The notes: generated from the sequence alone by a model not told the origin. Positions 1 to 12,418 are shown, numbered from the whole stretch's first letter. The stretch is 61,755 bases of DNA, filler included, from Choristocarpus tenellus KU-1152 (GCA_964200185.2; 11 parts of 11 records of this genome joined end to end with filler, not necessarily neighbours in it); one strand, 5' to 3'. Numbers and translations: made by a program.

Positions 1-9
1 GAGAGGGGG

Positions 10-46
<37 letters not shown>

Positions 47-148
47 AGATGTTAAACAAAGCTAGAGATTTAAAAAATAAAAGGTGTAAGTGTCTCGATC
101 CTTGGCAGGACCGTATCATCTCATTTGATTTTTTGCCCCTCTTCTCAC

Positions 149-2303
149 CCTTGTCTCGAGATGCTTGGTACATAGGCGTTCCATCTTGGAATCAACAATC
201 TTGCACCTCTCCGTCGTTGGTCGGTAAAAGTGTATCGCCAACCACTGGTATTGAACACCAGACGAATCAGAGGTGGCCCTCCACATGGCCCAAGTTGCAT
301 TGCCAAAATGCGAAGAAGCAATGACAGAGGGTGGCCGGCGGGGGGGAGAACAGGGGAAGGAGGAAAAGGAGAAATGTTGCTTTGGTGGAGAGAAGGTGTG
401 AACAAAAAAGAACGCAATAGAGCCGAGATCAGAGCTACCTATGCTTTCCTATCCAAATAGTTCCATATTACTTACACATCAAAACATCAACAAAGAGGGA
501 TATTGTAGTGTGTCTATAAAAATTGGCGACATAGTTCAAAAGTATCACTAAAAAAAAAGAGAATAATGTCAACTCGTGGTGATGTGGGCACAGGCAACAT
601 GCATCACGTCCATTCTTATTCATTTGCACTTAAGCCCCCCCCTCCCCCCCATAGTATCAATAGTTCTTCCTCATCAGAACAAATACCTTGCTTTTCTTGG
701 TTGCTTCGAAAAAGGCAGGCTGGTCTGGTAGCTCCATGTAGCGACCGTGTCCGTTTGCGAGTTGTTCCTAGACGAGGAGGTGGAGGCGTTTTGGAAGAGG
801 GTCACACATCATCGGAACACCAGGGGTGAGGATTGAGAATGGCGACTGGGGGCGAAGGCGAGAGTACGGTGTGGTCAGGAAACAACAGGAGTAGATCACC
901 AGACCCCATAAACAGAAGGATGGGGGGTAGGGATGGAGGGAGAAGCTTACACCCTCTGAGCTGTGCCCAAGAAAGCTGAAAGATGTGTCAAGAAGAGAAA
1001 GAATACACTGGGAATGAATGCATCTAGTGCCTGTTGTGGTGGGGTGGTAACAGAGTGGTGGGAAATTCGTTGAGAACAACGCTGAGGAGTGGGGTGGAGA
1101 GTAGGCACTGGTGAACCTGGCTTGTACCTTGTAGATGTACTGCTTTGGAAAATCTGTAGTGAGTAAGGCGATGGGCCCTATTTATCGCTCCAATGGCATT
1201 CTTTGACAGAGTGGATTGGTGGAGATGGAAGCTCTCCCTTCCCCCCCCCCCCTCTCCCAGACCTACCATGTACACAGTGTCATGCTCTGGTGAGTGATTT
1301 TTTTTTAGATTTGGCCAAAAGCAGCAGCATTCCATTAAAAGGAACCATACCTCCAATACTTGTTGTGATCCCTGGTTTCGCGTTAGTGTTACAGGTACTT
1401 GTGCCACAATTAAGAAAAATCCTAGTCGAAACCTTAGACCTAATTCAAACCTAGGGAGAGCACAAAAGGGAAGGATACATGCTTCTCCCCTACAACACCG
1501 ATATTTGGTGCGAGGTCCTGTTGCTCTTCCTCCACGTCTTCCTCCATCCCTCCCTTCCCCACATCCTATATAAAGTACTCTTCCCTCTTCAGTAAGGTCT
1601 TCGTGTTGAAACAGAAAAAACGAGTCACTGAGTCCAATTTGCACTACAACAAGCTGACCTGTTTCTCTCTCCCCTGCCGAATAAGCTGCGCCTTTCTCCT
1701 CTCTCTCAATTTTTCAAGGTCATCTTCGTCCATGTCATCTAGCTCGGCTAGTTTAGCATCCTGGTGGGAGATAGAGGGGGGGAGAGGTTGTGAATATGGA
1801 ATTGGAGACTTCAACACGGCAAGGTATCAGTTCAGGCCTCATGGTCGACGACGCAATAGTTATCTCCACGTAACTGCTTGTGTCAATAATGCAACTGTTA
1901 CCAATATCTGTGAATATAAGCACCTGTGCTTCTCGACGAGGTTACGGATAAAGAATGCATTTTTATTGGTCTCTACCTCGGTTCCAAGTACCGACTTGCT
2001 GGCCTTGACGCTGACTACTCCATCAAGAATATCGACCGTGCCAATCCAATCCAATGCCAGGCCACGACCTCTATAAATCCTACCAACCGTAACCGAGTCA
2101 TGACATCAGCTAGAGCAAATGCCGATATCATCTGCGGTGAACTATGATGTCCCTAAGTCGTAGTCAAATTTTGGTCACTACTCTGTTTCTATCCTGGTCA
2201 AACAAGTGGCACTCACCAGCTTTCGTTCCGTGTCATTAGCATGGTCAAGGATAGCCTTGGAGGCAACCTCTTGCGCAATAGCTTCCATCCCGCCGAGATT
2301 CAT
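149..2303 (-). CDS. TXNDC9: Thioredoxin domain-containing protein 9 / phosducin-like protein 3, exons 1-4 (3' part missing at contig start)
   Basis: Four GT-AG exons, all phase 0: 2303-2217 (MNLGGMEAIAQEVASKAILDHANDTERKL), 1760-1659 (DAKLAELDDMDEDDLEKLRERRKAQLIRQGREKQ), 767-687 (EQLANGHGRYMELPDQPAFFEATKKSK), 244-149 (WLAIHFYRPTTERCKIVDSKMERLCTKHLETR). Matches remembered TXNDC9 motifs (LDxMDEDxLExL, GHGxY, HFYR..T.RCKI.D, KHLET). Confidence 0.93.
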
Positions 2304-2731
2304 TGTCCTGCTGTCCTTCTGTAGTGCCTTATTCAACACTGGGGAAACAAATCTCCTCAAGGTTGGATTGGAGATGTATGAACTAGGTTCCAAATATTAA
2401 GCCTATCGCCAAATGTTGATAAGTATCGCCAATATGGAGAGTGGGTTCAATAATAAAGCTCCTAGCTATTCAGAAACGAGTGGAATGTGTGCCAGACCTA
2501 GTGCCTTATCCTTTCCGTTATTTTGAATTGTCGTGTGAGAAGGATGAACTCTTGTTGAACACATATACTTGGTAAGGCATTCACACTTTGGAGGTTTCAG
2601 AACATGCTGACCTAAAAATCACTCACAAGATACATATTTACTCAGAGATCAGGGTCCAAGATATAGAGGACAATTGGGGCGTTTGGCCCCAAAGAATGAT
2701 AAATACTCCCCCTCAGTCATCAGACACAAAC
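2304..2731. promoter_or_regulatory. Putative bidirectional promoter / shared 5' region
   Basis: 428 bp lie between divergent ATGs at 2303 (-) and 2732 (+). Inferred from geometry only. Confidence 0.5.
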
Positions 2732-3816
2732 ATGGCTAGGCCAATGTCGCCCTTTCGTCCGTGGCTACCATTTTGTTGCCCACTCCACCTCCTACTGATC
2801 CTGTCTAGCCAAGCTGTATCTATTGCTTCTGGCGATCATTCTCTCGACTATACCATTCGGTCTGGGGCACGAGATCTCAAAGACCTAAGAATCAATCCTC
2901 CAGAAGAAAAATCTATTTACCAAGACAGCGAAGGTCATGTGCAGAGGGGGTTCCAAGTTGGTGGTAACAACAAGGTACTTCGAATATTTCCAAGTCCCAT
3001 CACCCTATGTAGGGATGGACAGCATGAGGCAGTACCTATACTGGTAGAATGCTCACCCCTCGTGCTGAAGTAGCTCATAGTATCGGGTTTCTCATTTCTT
3101 AACATCAATGCTGATCCACTATGCCTGATGACGCCTTGCTTGATAAACTTTCTTCTTCCTTCCGTTGCTGGCCAGAATAGCTGGAGGGAGTGGAAGAGGG
3201 AGACATCATCGTGGCAGTGGACGGTTTACCAGTTGCAACAATGTCCCTTGTGGACTGGATAGAGAATGTTGTGACTAGTCAGATCGATAAGCCTGGGTCC
3301 ACTGATGATTCATTACCAGTATCAAGGTCGGAACAGTATTGACGATGGTATCGGGAGCAGTAGAGGGCAGGTTTATGCTCTTTTATTTAGGGGAGTTTCT
3401 ACAGAGTATCAGAAGTTATCAAGCAGTTTGTGGTTGAGAGGGGTCCAATGTTTAGGGAAAGTTAACTTGATCGAAGTTGCTTGTTTTTACAAGCTAGGCA
3501 TCCAATCCCTCTGTGCTGCCGTATTTCCATCTCTGTATGTAGGACATCCGTATTTCCTCTCATGGACACCAGGACACCAGGAACTAGAAGAGAAGCAGAT
3601 GCCGGATCAAAAGCTCCTGAAAACAGTGCCATAGTCAACCCAGCAGTTGGGACGGCAAAAGAGGGTGGAATATTTGGTGGAGGTTTTCCTTTTGCAGGGT
3701 TCGTTAAAGTAGAATTGGTGGACATGGAAGAAGTTGACATAACATTCCGACCAGTTGGGGAGCATCACGAGAAGCTCATGGCTACCCAGGCAAGGCGTGA
3801 GAAAGAGGAAGCTGAG
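2732..3816 (+). CDS. Putative secreted protein with a PDZ-like segment, first three exons (partial)
   Basis: Phase-consistent exons: 2732-2974 (hydrophobic N-terminus PLHLLLILSSQAVSIA), 3181-3326 (LEGVEEGDIIVAVDGLPVATMSL, like the PDZ G.x.GD.I..V.G motif) and 3543-3816 (ends in charged QARREKEEAE). Confidence 0.65.
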
Positions 3817-4196
3817 GTGAGGGATTGCTATATGCGTAACCCCCTTGAGCACAACAGCAACCCCACACTTGGAAGCACTGAGCCATCCTATCTTAGTGGG
3901 TGTTGTTGAATATTTTGGGCCCCTGTGACTGCCTTCTGGAACATTTACTTCTAGTATTGTGGAAGGCAATTTCATTCTTGTTTTTCTTCTCTTCCACAAA
4001 TACAGCCAAAGTCTCTTTTGGTGGATTAGCTGCATTTCAGGAATGGGATTGATCTATTACGCAGAAGATGAAAAAGGGCGTAAACGTGCAAATATTCTAA
4101 ATGAAGACCCCTCTTCAATACAATAGGATGAATTGTGATAAAATAGTAGAGCAGTTTGCTTCAGTTGTGTCCAAGAACGGAAGATATATTATTTCC

Positions 4197-5785
4197 TACT
4201 TCCTCCGTTCGGAATTATATGTAACATAACGTTTGCAAGCTTGGTTCTCGCCCAGGAAAGACCCACTTGATAAACCCTCTGGACAAGGCTTAATTCTCAG
4301 TTAGATTGGGAGGCATGCAAAGTTTGAAATAGTGGGCTATCATGACTGTGCCCAATCACCAGTGCAAAGTCGACCAAGTGACATTTGACGGGGTTAAAAA
4401 ACCTTGTGAAACTGTCAAAATGGGCGTTTATTGGGATGCCTACGATAAAGGCCCCCCGCTGTTTGAGCGCCTTGCTCATCCCATCGTCGCCCATTGGTCC
4501 CAATTCTTCGGCCCAGAAGTCTATCCATGGTCAGGACTCGAACACCCCAATGAAGAACAGTGTGGTGGTGCAATGCCCGGAGGCGAGAGGGCGCGCAACT
4601 CGGATGCCTCAGGGGACAGTGGCGGCCATCGTGAAGGACTTGGGAATTTCCCGAATCACCGTGTTCTGTCGTCTGAAGGAGTATGACAGCCAGATCGCGC
4701 GGGGTGAACGCTTGGACCTTGTACGATGCCAAAAGAGGCGATGTAGCTGCTATTCAAGTATCCTCTATGTTTGGAATGTCCCATCGGTGCACCGTACATC
4801 CTTCAGCAAATGGACAACCAAAGGTGGGGTCTCCCTTGCCTCGTTTGTGGGATCTGTGCAAGCGCGACAAGGTGAAGAAGGCCGAGTGGCGGACTAAGCT
4901 AGTCTTCTCAGACCAGCAGAAAGTCAACGGGGTCGGTTCCATCATCAGCCACACACACAGGAGCGAGGGAAGTGGGGTAATGGTGGACAAGAATATGAAA
5001 CTGGGTGCATATGGACAAGAAATGGTTTTACATCCTCGAAGATAGGCAAGGTGTATCCCTGCAGCCCACTGAGGACCCCACCAACCGCCACTGGCACAGA
5101 AAAAGCGTTACACTACAAAGGTGATGTTCCTTGCTCCTGTGGCTTGCCCTAGGAAGCTCTCCAATGGGTTGTGGTTAGATTGGAAAATCGGGATCTGGTC
5201 AGTCGCGGACACTAAGGTAGGTCACTCAATGCTCCAGGAAGAACCGCTCCAAGGGCACCAAGGTGCTTGTGCCAGTCAAGAAGCCCATGATCAAGGATGT
5301 CATTCCGGCAATCAAGGCTCGCATGCCTAGGCTGGAAGGACACACTATCTTTGTCTAGGAGGGTGGGGCAAAGCCACACACCAAGGGGGGGATCATGGAG
5401 GCAGTTGAGGAGGTGGCGGGCGACAACATTGTCATAGAGACACAGCCACCTGACTAACTTGACCTCAACATCAACAACCTGGGATTCTTTCATTCCATCC
5501 AGCAAGTGAAGGAAGATGTGGGGGTGACCAACACAGAGAAGCAGGTGGAGACCACAACGGAGGAGTTTGATGTGTGCCCCCGGGAGGCACTAGAGCACGT
5601 CTGGTAGAGCCTCTTTGCAGTCTGCAGCGAAGTGCTTAGGTTCAATTGTGACAATGTCTTCAAAATTCCCCATCTTAGCAAGGAAAAGGCTGAGAAGCGG
5701 TCAAGTTCCCCCCAAATGCCCAGGTGGATGTGGCGAAATAGCGTGGTGGAATGGAGTTTTGGAGAGCTTCGAGGGCAGAATCATA
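4197..5785 (+). mobile_element. Degenerate Tc1/mariner DNA transposon, plant/oomycete DD39D (Stowaway-type) lineage
   Basis: TA followed by a Stowaway-like TIR CTTCCTCCGTTCGGAATTA at 4197. Fragmented transposase: HTH-like VKDLGISRITVF, KVMFLAPVACPR..WLDWKIGIWS and QPPD*LDLNINNLGFFHSIQ, with stops and frameshifts. Confidence 0.85.
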
Positions 5786-5866
5786 GACTAAAAGTATCTT
5801 GGGGGGGGGGGGGGTCTCCACCGGGGGGTCCATTTGGGCCAAAAACAGGAAAAGTGTATTCACATT
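5786..5866 (+). mobile_element. MITE family A, partial (cut at contig end)
   Basis: GACTAAAAGTATCT, then a poly-G run, then GTCCATTTGGGCCAAAAACAGGAAAAGTG, as in the full copies. Confidence 0.75.
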
Positions 5867-5966
5867 NNNNNNNNNNNNNNNNNNNNNNNNNNNNNNNNNN
5901 NNNNNNNNNNTTAATTAATTAANNNNNNNNNNNNNNNNNNNNNNNNNNNNNNNNNNNNNNNNNNNN
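5867..5966. other. Artificial contig linker; identical linkers at 12081, 20419, 26967, 29978, 32626, 37009, 47095, 49771 and 57763
   Basis: N44-TTAATTAATTAA-N44 (stops in all frames) occurs ten times. Confidence 0.98.
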
Positions 5967-6093
5967 GGCCCTTAAAAAGTGCGGCAACATTTATTTACAA
6001 AAAAAAACATATCGGCACTTTTTCCCGGTCAATTTTGGGTCAAACCCATCCTCCATAGTACGCTCCATCCTCAATTTTTAAAATACACTGTTA
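5967..6093 (+). mobile_element. Terminal segment of repeat family C (related to the foldback at 6178 and the copy at 13599)
   Basis: GGCCCTTAAAAAGTGC...GGGTCAAACCCATCCTCCAT..GCTCCATCCTCAATTTT..CTGTTA is shared with 13599-13718. Confidence 0.65.
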
Positions 6094-6177
6094 TTGAGAG
6101 AACATAATCCATGAGGAACAGTGTGGTTTGTGGACTGGATGCTCTGCTGCTACTATAAATATGATGTACACACTCAA

Positions 6178-6380
6178 TAACAGCCGATTTGAAAAATTGA
6201 GGATGGAGCTTTTCATTGAGGACGGACTTGACCCAAAATTGACAGGGATAAAGTGTCGATATGTTTTTTTTTTAATGACAATACAAAAATATATATATCG
6301 ACACTTTATCCCAGTCAATTTTGGGTCAAGCCCATCCTCAATGAAAAGCTCCATCCTCAGTTTTTGAAATCAGCTGTTTA
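6178..6380. mobile_element. Foldback/MITE family C, about 200-bp near-perfect palindrome
   Basis: Arms of about 93 bp (AACAGCCGATTTGAAAAATTGAGGATGGAGC... / ...GCTCCATCCTCAGTTTTTGAAATCAGCTGTT), short loop, TA at both flanks. Confidence 0.8.
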
Positions 6381-7019
6381 ATGTAGGTGCACTCTAGGAC
6401 GTCAAAATTCATGTGTTTTTATCCTTTCGAAAGATTACTATTGATATAATTACTATAGTACAACAATACACATTAAAATAGAAGACTCCTACCTCACCCC
6501 CTCACTCAATACACGTTGCTTGCATGACGATAAGGGAGGCACATCCAACATATTTGTTGTCTAATTCCGGTATATCACCAGAGGATAGAAGCGGCGTCTT
6601 GGACGTAGAGGATTTTGTAAATTTTATATTCGTTTTTTATCATGTATTATTACTAGAAATTCATCAGTCACTCCCACTCGTGAGCAGGCTATTTCTTCTA
6701 ATTTTATTTTTCAACTTCAAACTTGACCACGATGTTGTATGGGCTGAGGTTGCCAAGTTAGGACCCATAGACTAAGAAGATGTTGTCAGTTTCACATTAA
6801 AATGTAAGCATGCATCCACAGGGATGGCGGAGAGTATGTGAACTGCCTTGAGGTAGGTCATGGCCTTTGTCAAGGGTATTAGCAATACGAGTAGCAGCAG
6901 TAGTAGTAGCAGCAGCAGCAGTAGTAGTAGTAGTGTGATGTGCAAGCAGGTGGGTAGGAAGGGTCTCTGTAACGCACATCATAGTCAAGACAATAAGGAG
7001 AAATATTGAGATTACAAAA

Positions 7020-7196
7020 GACTCAAAGGTATCTGGGGGGGGGGGGTCTAGACTAGGGTACTTATTTGGTCCCTGACCAGGAAAAGTGCACTTACACTAT
7101 CCATCCAACACATGCAACCAGATCACCCAAAAAATGCGACATGGAAAAATAGGTCCCAAATGGACAGCCGCCACCCCCCCCTAGACACTTTGAGCC
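7020..7196 (+). mobile_element. MITE family A (about 177 bp)
   Basis: TIRs GACTCAAAGGTATCT ... AGACACTTTGAGCC, with G and C tracts just inside the TIRs. Confidence 0.85.
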
Positions 7197-7344
7197 TAAT
7201 AAAGGGGGTGCATCTTCCTTGGCAATTAGGACTTGGTGGTGCAGTGTGATGTGGCAGTGCTGTGGGGTCAGCACAATTCAAACAGTGAGAAGAGTGTGCG
7301 AAAAGGAGTGCATGGAGAGATCTCCACTTTAAAAAAAAAGTGTA

Positions 7345-7660
7345 GTACATGTGAGATAGGCAGTCGTCAAGTTTAGTCATGAATGGTGTAGAAGCCTTGA
7401 GTATATTCATTGACAAAATACACAAGGCCGATCCCAAACTGAACTTTGTAGCTTATAGGCGAGGTACCCAAGCGCAACAAATGTACGCTCGGACGGTCAA
7501 GTGTGACATTGAAGATTGGAACTAGGAATCCTAAAAGACAAACTTGAAGTCAAACCCGTGCATGATAGGCGATTGTCTTACATCTCTCATGTCATGAAGA
7601 GTGTAGGAGTCTTTGAGTATATTCACCGACAAAATACACAAGGCTGATCCTGACATGAAC
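7345..7660 (+). repeat. Diverged direct duplication of about 95 bp
   Basis: GTCATGAA..GTGTAG.AG.CTTGAGTATATTCA..GACAAAATACACAAGGC.GATCC occurs at about 7376 and about 7591. Confidence 0.6.
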
Positions 7661-7899
7661 CATATAACTCCTGGACTAGGCACCGAGGTAGGTTTAAGGA
7701 TAAATAAATTCAGGAGCAGACTTGTTAGAAGAACATCCAAGGTAAAGAGATTGTAGTGTAGGGTACCCAACAGGATTGCTATGGCAAGGGAAATATACTT
7801 GTGTGGCAGTTCCATGGGATTGTAGTCCTGTTGTTCCAAATTCGAGTAGAAGAGGACTCATGTGGCATCAATTAAGAACTGGTTTTTGTCCTTCATTTA

Positions 7900-9600
7900 T
7901 ATACCATGATCAAAACATGAAGTGAATACTCAAAGCGAGGGATTCAGCTATTTGATTATATTTCCATCGCCTCATCATTGGCCTACAGGGTTGTGGATGG
8001 GAGCTACATATGTCATCATGGTAACCTGCGGAGAATTTTTTAACGTATAGCTGAAAGATTGTGGAAGTACATAATATCTTTTGTAGAAGTGGTATTATAC
8101 AGTAAAACAGTACGATTTTTCGATAACTGACTGTTGCGGTCCCCACAACTCGATGCTTAACAAGTACTCTATGCACAAATACCATAAGTTGTGTTTGTGA
8201 GTGTGTAGTAGACGAGCATGCAACCCTCCAGAACAACCTGAGCAAGTTGATCACTAAAACAACACAATGTGGTTGGTCATCCGCAATGATTACTATGTCT
8301 TCCAGTCCCAGGTGGCACAATCTTGCTGCAGTCTTACCCTTGTAGTGTTTGAAAGCACTACTAACTGATGACACTTTTACATTACTACTTCTACATTAAT
8401 CTCTTCAAACCTACAAAAACTGATAGCAAACATCCACAATGCTACTAGAAGATTCACGTTTTGACAAGGAGAAAGCTCAGAAGCAAAAATGCTGGATTAG
8501 TGAAGAAGAGGTCCTTGGAAGGCCAACCCTACACGTTGTCAGCCTCAAGTCATAGTTGCTGTGGCACAGAACAACCTAGGTCTGCCAGCATACCACTCAC
8601 AGAAAAATATTTGGCTACCAGTACTTCAAAGGAAGTAGAGAGGTGTAGGAGGAAAGCATGTCGAGGTCAAGCAACAGGGCTTATTGCATTGACCTGGTCT
8701 TTGACTGCCACTGTAGTAACATCAACGACGAAGTCAATATGTTTCGTCCAACAGTCAAAAATTAAAAATTAAAAATGAGGATAAGAATGGGCCTTGAGGA
8801 TGGAAGGGCATGAGGGAAGATTTGAGCTGATCCTTTGATCGACCAAACTCATGTACCCTATAATTAGAGGATGGTGATACTTGGGATATAGTTCTTCACC
8901 CCAGCTACACAGATTTGGCTTCTCATCGTGACTGTTGGCAGAAGCACATTATCACCCATAAAATGCCTTCGCCAATCACACAAAAGCCCTTCAAAAAGGA
9001 TGATGCTGTAGTCATCTACAGTTTGTAACCATTTATATTTTATAACTAGCTAGAGACTCTGAAGTATCAAAGTCTATTTCTCTGCACCACCTGTAGGTGT
9101 ACCTTGAATAGGAGATAGAAACGAATCATGGCTACATTCATGGGCCACAAGTGCCATCGAGATCTATTTTTCCAGAGTATCCAGGACATTGCTACCTGTC
9201 GCAAATCACTATTCTACCCAGATATGCCGACCAAACCTGCCCCAACAAACAATAAAACATTCAGGTTTATAAACACACGCTGAGAAATTGAAGCGCTCCT
9301 AAGCAATACGTCGAATCTGGTGGTCCTGCATTACATCAAAAACAGAATGGCACCACAGTACCAATCATACTAGTGGTATATCTGATTTGATACAATACAC
9401 TGAAGTTGCATAATTGAACAGTCAAATTGGATTTTCGATGCGACCTAATCCTCCCCCATACTGGGCATCATATACTCTACAAACAAAAACATGCTAGGCA
9501 CTGAACACCCAGCACATCAATCAAGGCAGTCTCACCAGCAGCATCTCAAGACCCCCTGAATGTGTTGCAGCAATTGCTCATAACTTACTATTTTCAACTC
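7900..9600 (+). mobile_element. Possible highly decayed Ty1/copia gag-integrase remnant
   Basis: Weak resemblance only (VDEHATLQNNLSKL..MSSSPRWHNL; PPPYWASY..ALN), with many stops. Confidence 0.25.
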
Positions 9601-10078
9601 AACTCACTTCTAAGATAGCACTTGTGTAAACAAGCTCCTGTTAACAGACATGGTGCTGTTGCTTAAGATATACGATGCAGTGTACAGTCTACAACTAGAA
9701 GCTTTTCACTACGCCTAAAACTCCCTCAGCAAAAGGTTGCAATCAGAACCATCGCCCAATCAGAAGAGGCCAAACCACCCCTTCTTCTTTTGTTTTTCTG
9801 TGTCCAACTCCAGCTCCTTCAACAGTCGGTCCCTCTTTTCCTGCTCAGATTCCTGTTATGGGTATGTGCACCCATCAAGAGACAACGAACACACGAAAAT
9901 GGAAATGTTGACATGAGCAGGGCCTCAAAACCTAATCAACAAAACCATCCTCACAAGTTCACAAGTGAGATATTGGCTACCAAATCCCTTTGACATCATG
10001 GAGTGAGAGACTGCTCAAGGGCACACCGGCAACATGTTTACAGCAGATCAACACACCAACAAGCCACCATCGCATGTG

Positions 10079-10109
<31 letters not shown>

Positions 10110-11506
10110 TCACATCACACATTCTGCATACTTTACAGGACTTTTTATCAGGTCGGGCAACTACTACAAAGGGACCAATCCGCGGACTGGATAAATACCT
10201 TCGGCTATGTCTGGTAGAGGACCACCAGAGATTGTATCCTCATCAGGCCAGAGCTGGTGCAGTCACATCAAAACATACATACATATGAATATATAAAAAA
10301 TGTACATCCTAAAACGTCTCAATTTATAGCCCAATTTGATTGAAACATGTCTCGACAAGCGCAAGTAGTTTGCCTAAAGCAACGTACAAAGGAGGGATTA
10401 ATCCCACATGTATTTGAGGAGAATCTGAACAAATATTGACCACGCCAGCCAAACTTATCTTGATGGGGTCGGACAGGCAAAACAGAAGTCGCTTATCCAT
10501 GACTGTTAACTGTTACAACTTGTCCAGACCACATACGGAGTCAACTTGTAACTGTCACAACATCCACCAGCACACAGTCAAAAATTGAATTGATTTTCTA
10601 GAGTCACAGCAATGACAAACCTGCAATACAGTAAATAACAACAATGATAATACCTTGCAACATCAACTATGCTCCATCAAACACTTGTGTAGGAAGGTTC
10701 ACTCTCTGGTTGGTTGGTGGGATTGTACACAACACACAATCATATTGTTATTCCTCTCAATCCCATCAAAATTCCGGTAAAGATTACATCCTACATATAC
10801 AACGACCTCTAGAAAAAAAGAATTGCCATCAAACCAGAGAGCATTTGCAATGGTGCCTGCAGACTGTTTGCTCTTCAGCATTACAAGGACAACTGAATAA
10901 AACACTTCTCATAAATGCTGATGAACACCCCCAAACCTCCATGCAATTCTACTAGGAACTTTCTTCAGTTCAGAAAGGCAACAGAAACACACTCAATTTC
11001 ATTCATAACGTTGAAAAAATGCTTCAGAAGACCCTTCAAGTTCCTCTTCAGCAGCAGTTACATTTTCTGCATACTGTATGCAAAGTCTACAGGATAGTGC
11101 ACCTAAGGAGGGGAAATGTAACCAATAGTTAATAGCTCCGACACTAAGAACCAGTCTCGGTTTTTTAAACACTTTAAAGGTATTAAGAACAATAATAAAA
11201 AACAAGACAATTGAACAACAATAAAATAATGCAATTTGGAACGAGTCAGGAGAGGCCCATACTTAACCCATTGCCTACCGGACGCACAGACGGTGAGCAC
11301 GAGCGCTTGAGGGAGAGACCCCTACATCAATACCAGGGTGAGAAGAAAAGCTCTAGCCTAAAAATACGACTTAACTTGGAACAGCAGCCCCAATAGGCAT
11401 ATTTCCAGTCACCTCATTGCTGGCAAGCTTTGATTACAAGAAGGGCAATCTCATCTCCATCTACACTACAATTTGGTACAAGGAGCAGACTCAAAACATC
11501 AGGTAG

Positions 11507-11773
11507 GAGTGAAAGTATCTTAAGAGGCTACGAGTTTTGCCGTGTTTGTCCATTTGGAGCTTGACTTCCCACGGGTTTTTAATGACATTTTACCTAATCC
11601 GAACTGTTTTGAGGTAGGCAAAATGTATATACTTAACGAAAAGATGTGTCCGGAACAAGGATATGGACACTTCCTAACAAACACGATAGCAAAAATTACA
11701 TCAAAATATCAACATTGGATTTTGGCCCCCAAATGGATGCGGCTCTACCCTAACCCTAAGATAATTTTGACTC
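11507..11773 (+). mobile_element. MITE family B (about 260 bp)
   Basis: GAGTGAAAGTATCTTAAGAGG ... CCCTAAGATAATTTTGACTC; interior shared with the copies at 14745, 18276, 40633 and 46912. Confidence 0.85.
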
Positions 11774-12065
11774 TCGCTGAACTACCAGGGCCAACCCTAG
11801 TGCATGCAGAGTGTGGTGTCAGCTCTTTCACACCCTTCTAAGCTTTTCTCCTGTCTACGAGTCTCTTCTACCCAAGATTTCCCTGTACGGTTGGCTTTGC
11901 AAACAGCCTACACACCACACCAGTAAAAACATTAGAGGGAAGACACTCCGCTAATTGAAACGCAAGCGTTGCTAATGAGGGGGTAAGCACATTCTCAACT
12001 TCAACCGAAAACCAGAAGATTGACTCTCGCCAACACACAAGCAACACAAATAAAAAAAACAAAGT

Positions 12066-12080
12066 GGGTCAAAGTATCTG
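12066..12080 (+). mobile_element. MITE family A left TIR at contig end
   Basis: GGGTCAAAGTATCTG lies immediately before the linker. Confidence 0.6.
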
Positions 12081-12180
12081 NNNNNNNNNNNNNNNNNNNN
12101 NNNNNNNNNNNNNNNNNNNNNNNNTTAATTAATTAANNNNNNNNNNNNNNNNNNNNNNNNNNNNNNNNNNNNNNNNNNNN

Positions 12181-12418
12181 ATTCTGGGTGATGACAAAGG
12201 CGTTTCGTCACATTGATCATGCCTTTCTACTTGTGTGTAAAGCAGTACACGGCCTTCCTGTCGCCCTCATCACCATAGCAAGGACGGAGGGCACATTCTG
12301 GGTGATGACAAAGGCGATTATTCACCTTCACCATGCCATCCAACTTGTGTGCAGAGCAGTACATGGTCTTCCTGTCATCCTCATAACCAAAGTAACCATA
12401 GTGCGCGATAAGAAACAA
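12181..12418 (-). pseudogene. EsV-1-7-type cysteine-rich repeat protein fragment
   Basis: GYFGYEDDRKTMYCSAHKLDGMVKVNNRLCHHPECALRPCYGDEGDRKAVYCFTHK*KGMINVTKRLCHHPE has the C-x4-C..P.YG..YC..H..GMV.V repeat pattern. In-frame TAG at 12227-12229; truncated by the contig start. Confidence 0.85.

Noticed and set aside
480-540. YVANFYRHTT on the minus strand as a duplicated TXNDC9 exon
   Set aside because: There is no suitable acceptor, similarity ends after a few residues, and the true exon at 244-149 fits fully.
5867-5966. Recurring TTAATTAATTAA motif in N runs
   Set aside because: It is an artificial concatenation linker, so cross-linker gene neighbourhoods are meaningless.
9779-11312. Possible minus-strand exons (ESEQEKRDRLLKELELDTEKQRRR; LWPDEDTISGGPLPDIAE)
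   Set aside because: They look exon-like, but the phases could not be joined consistently and no family was recognised.
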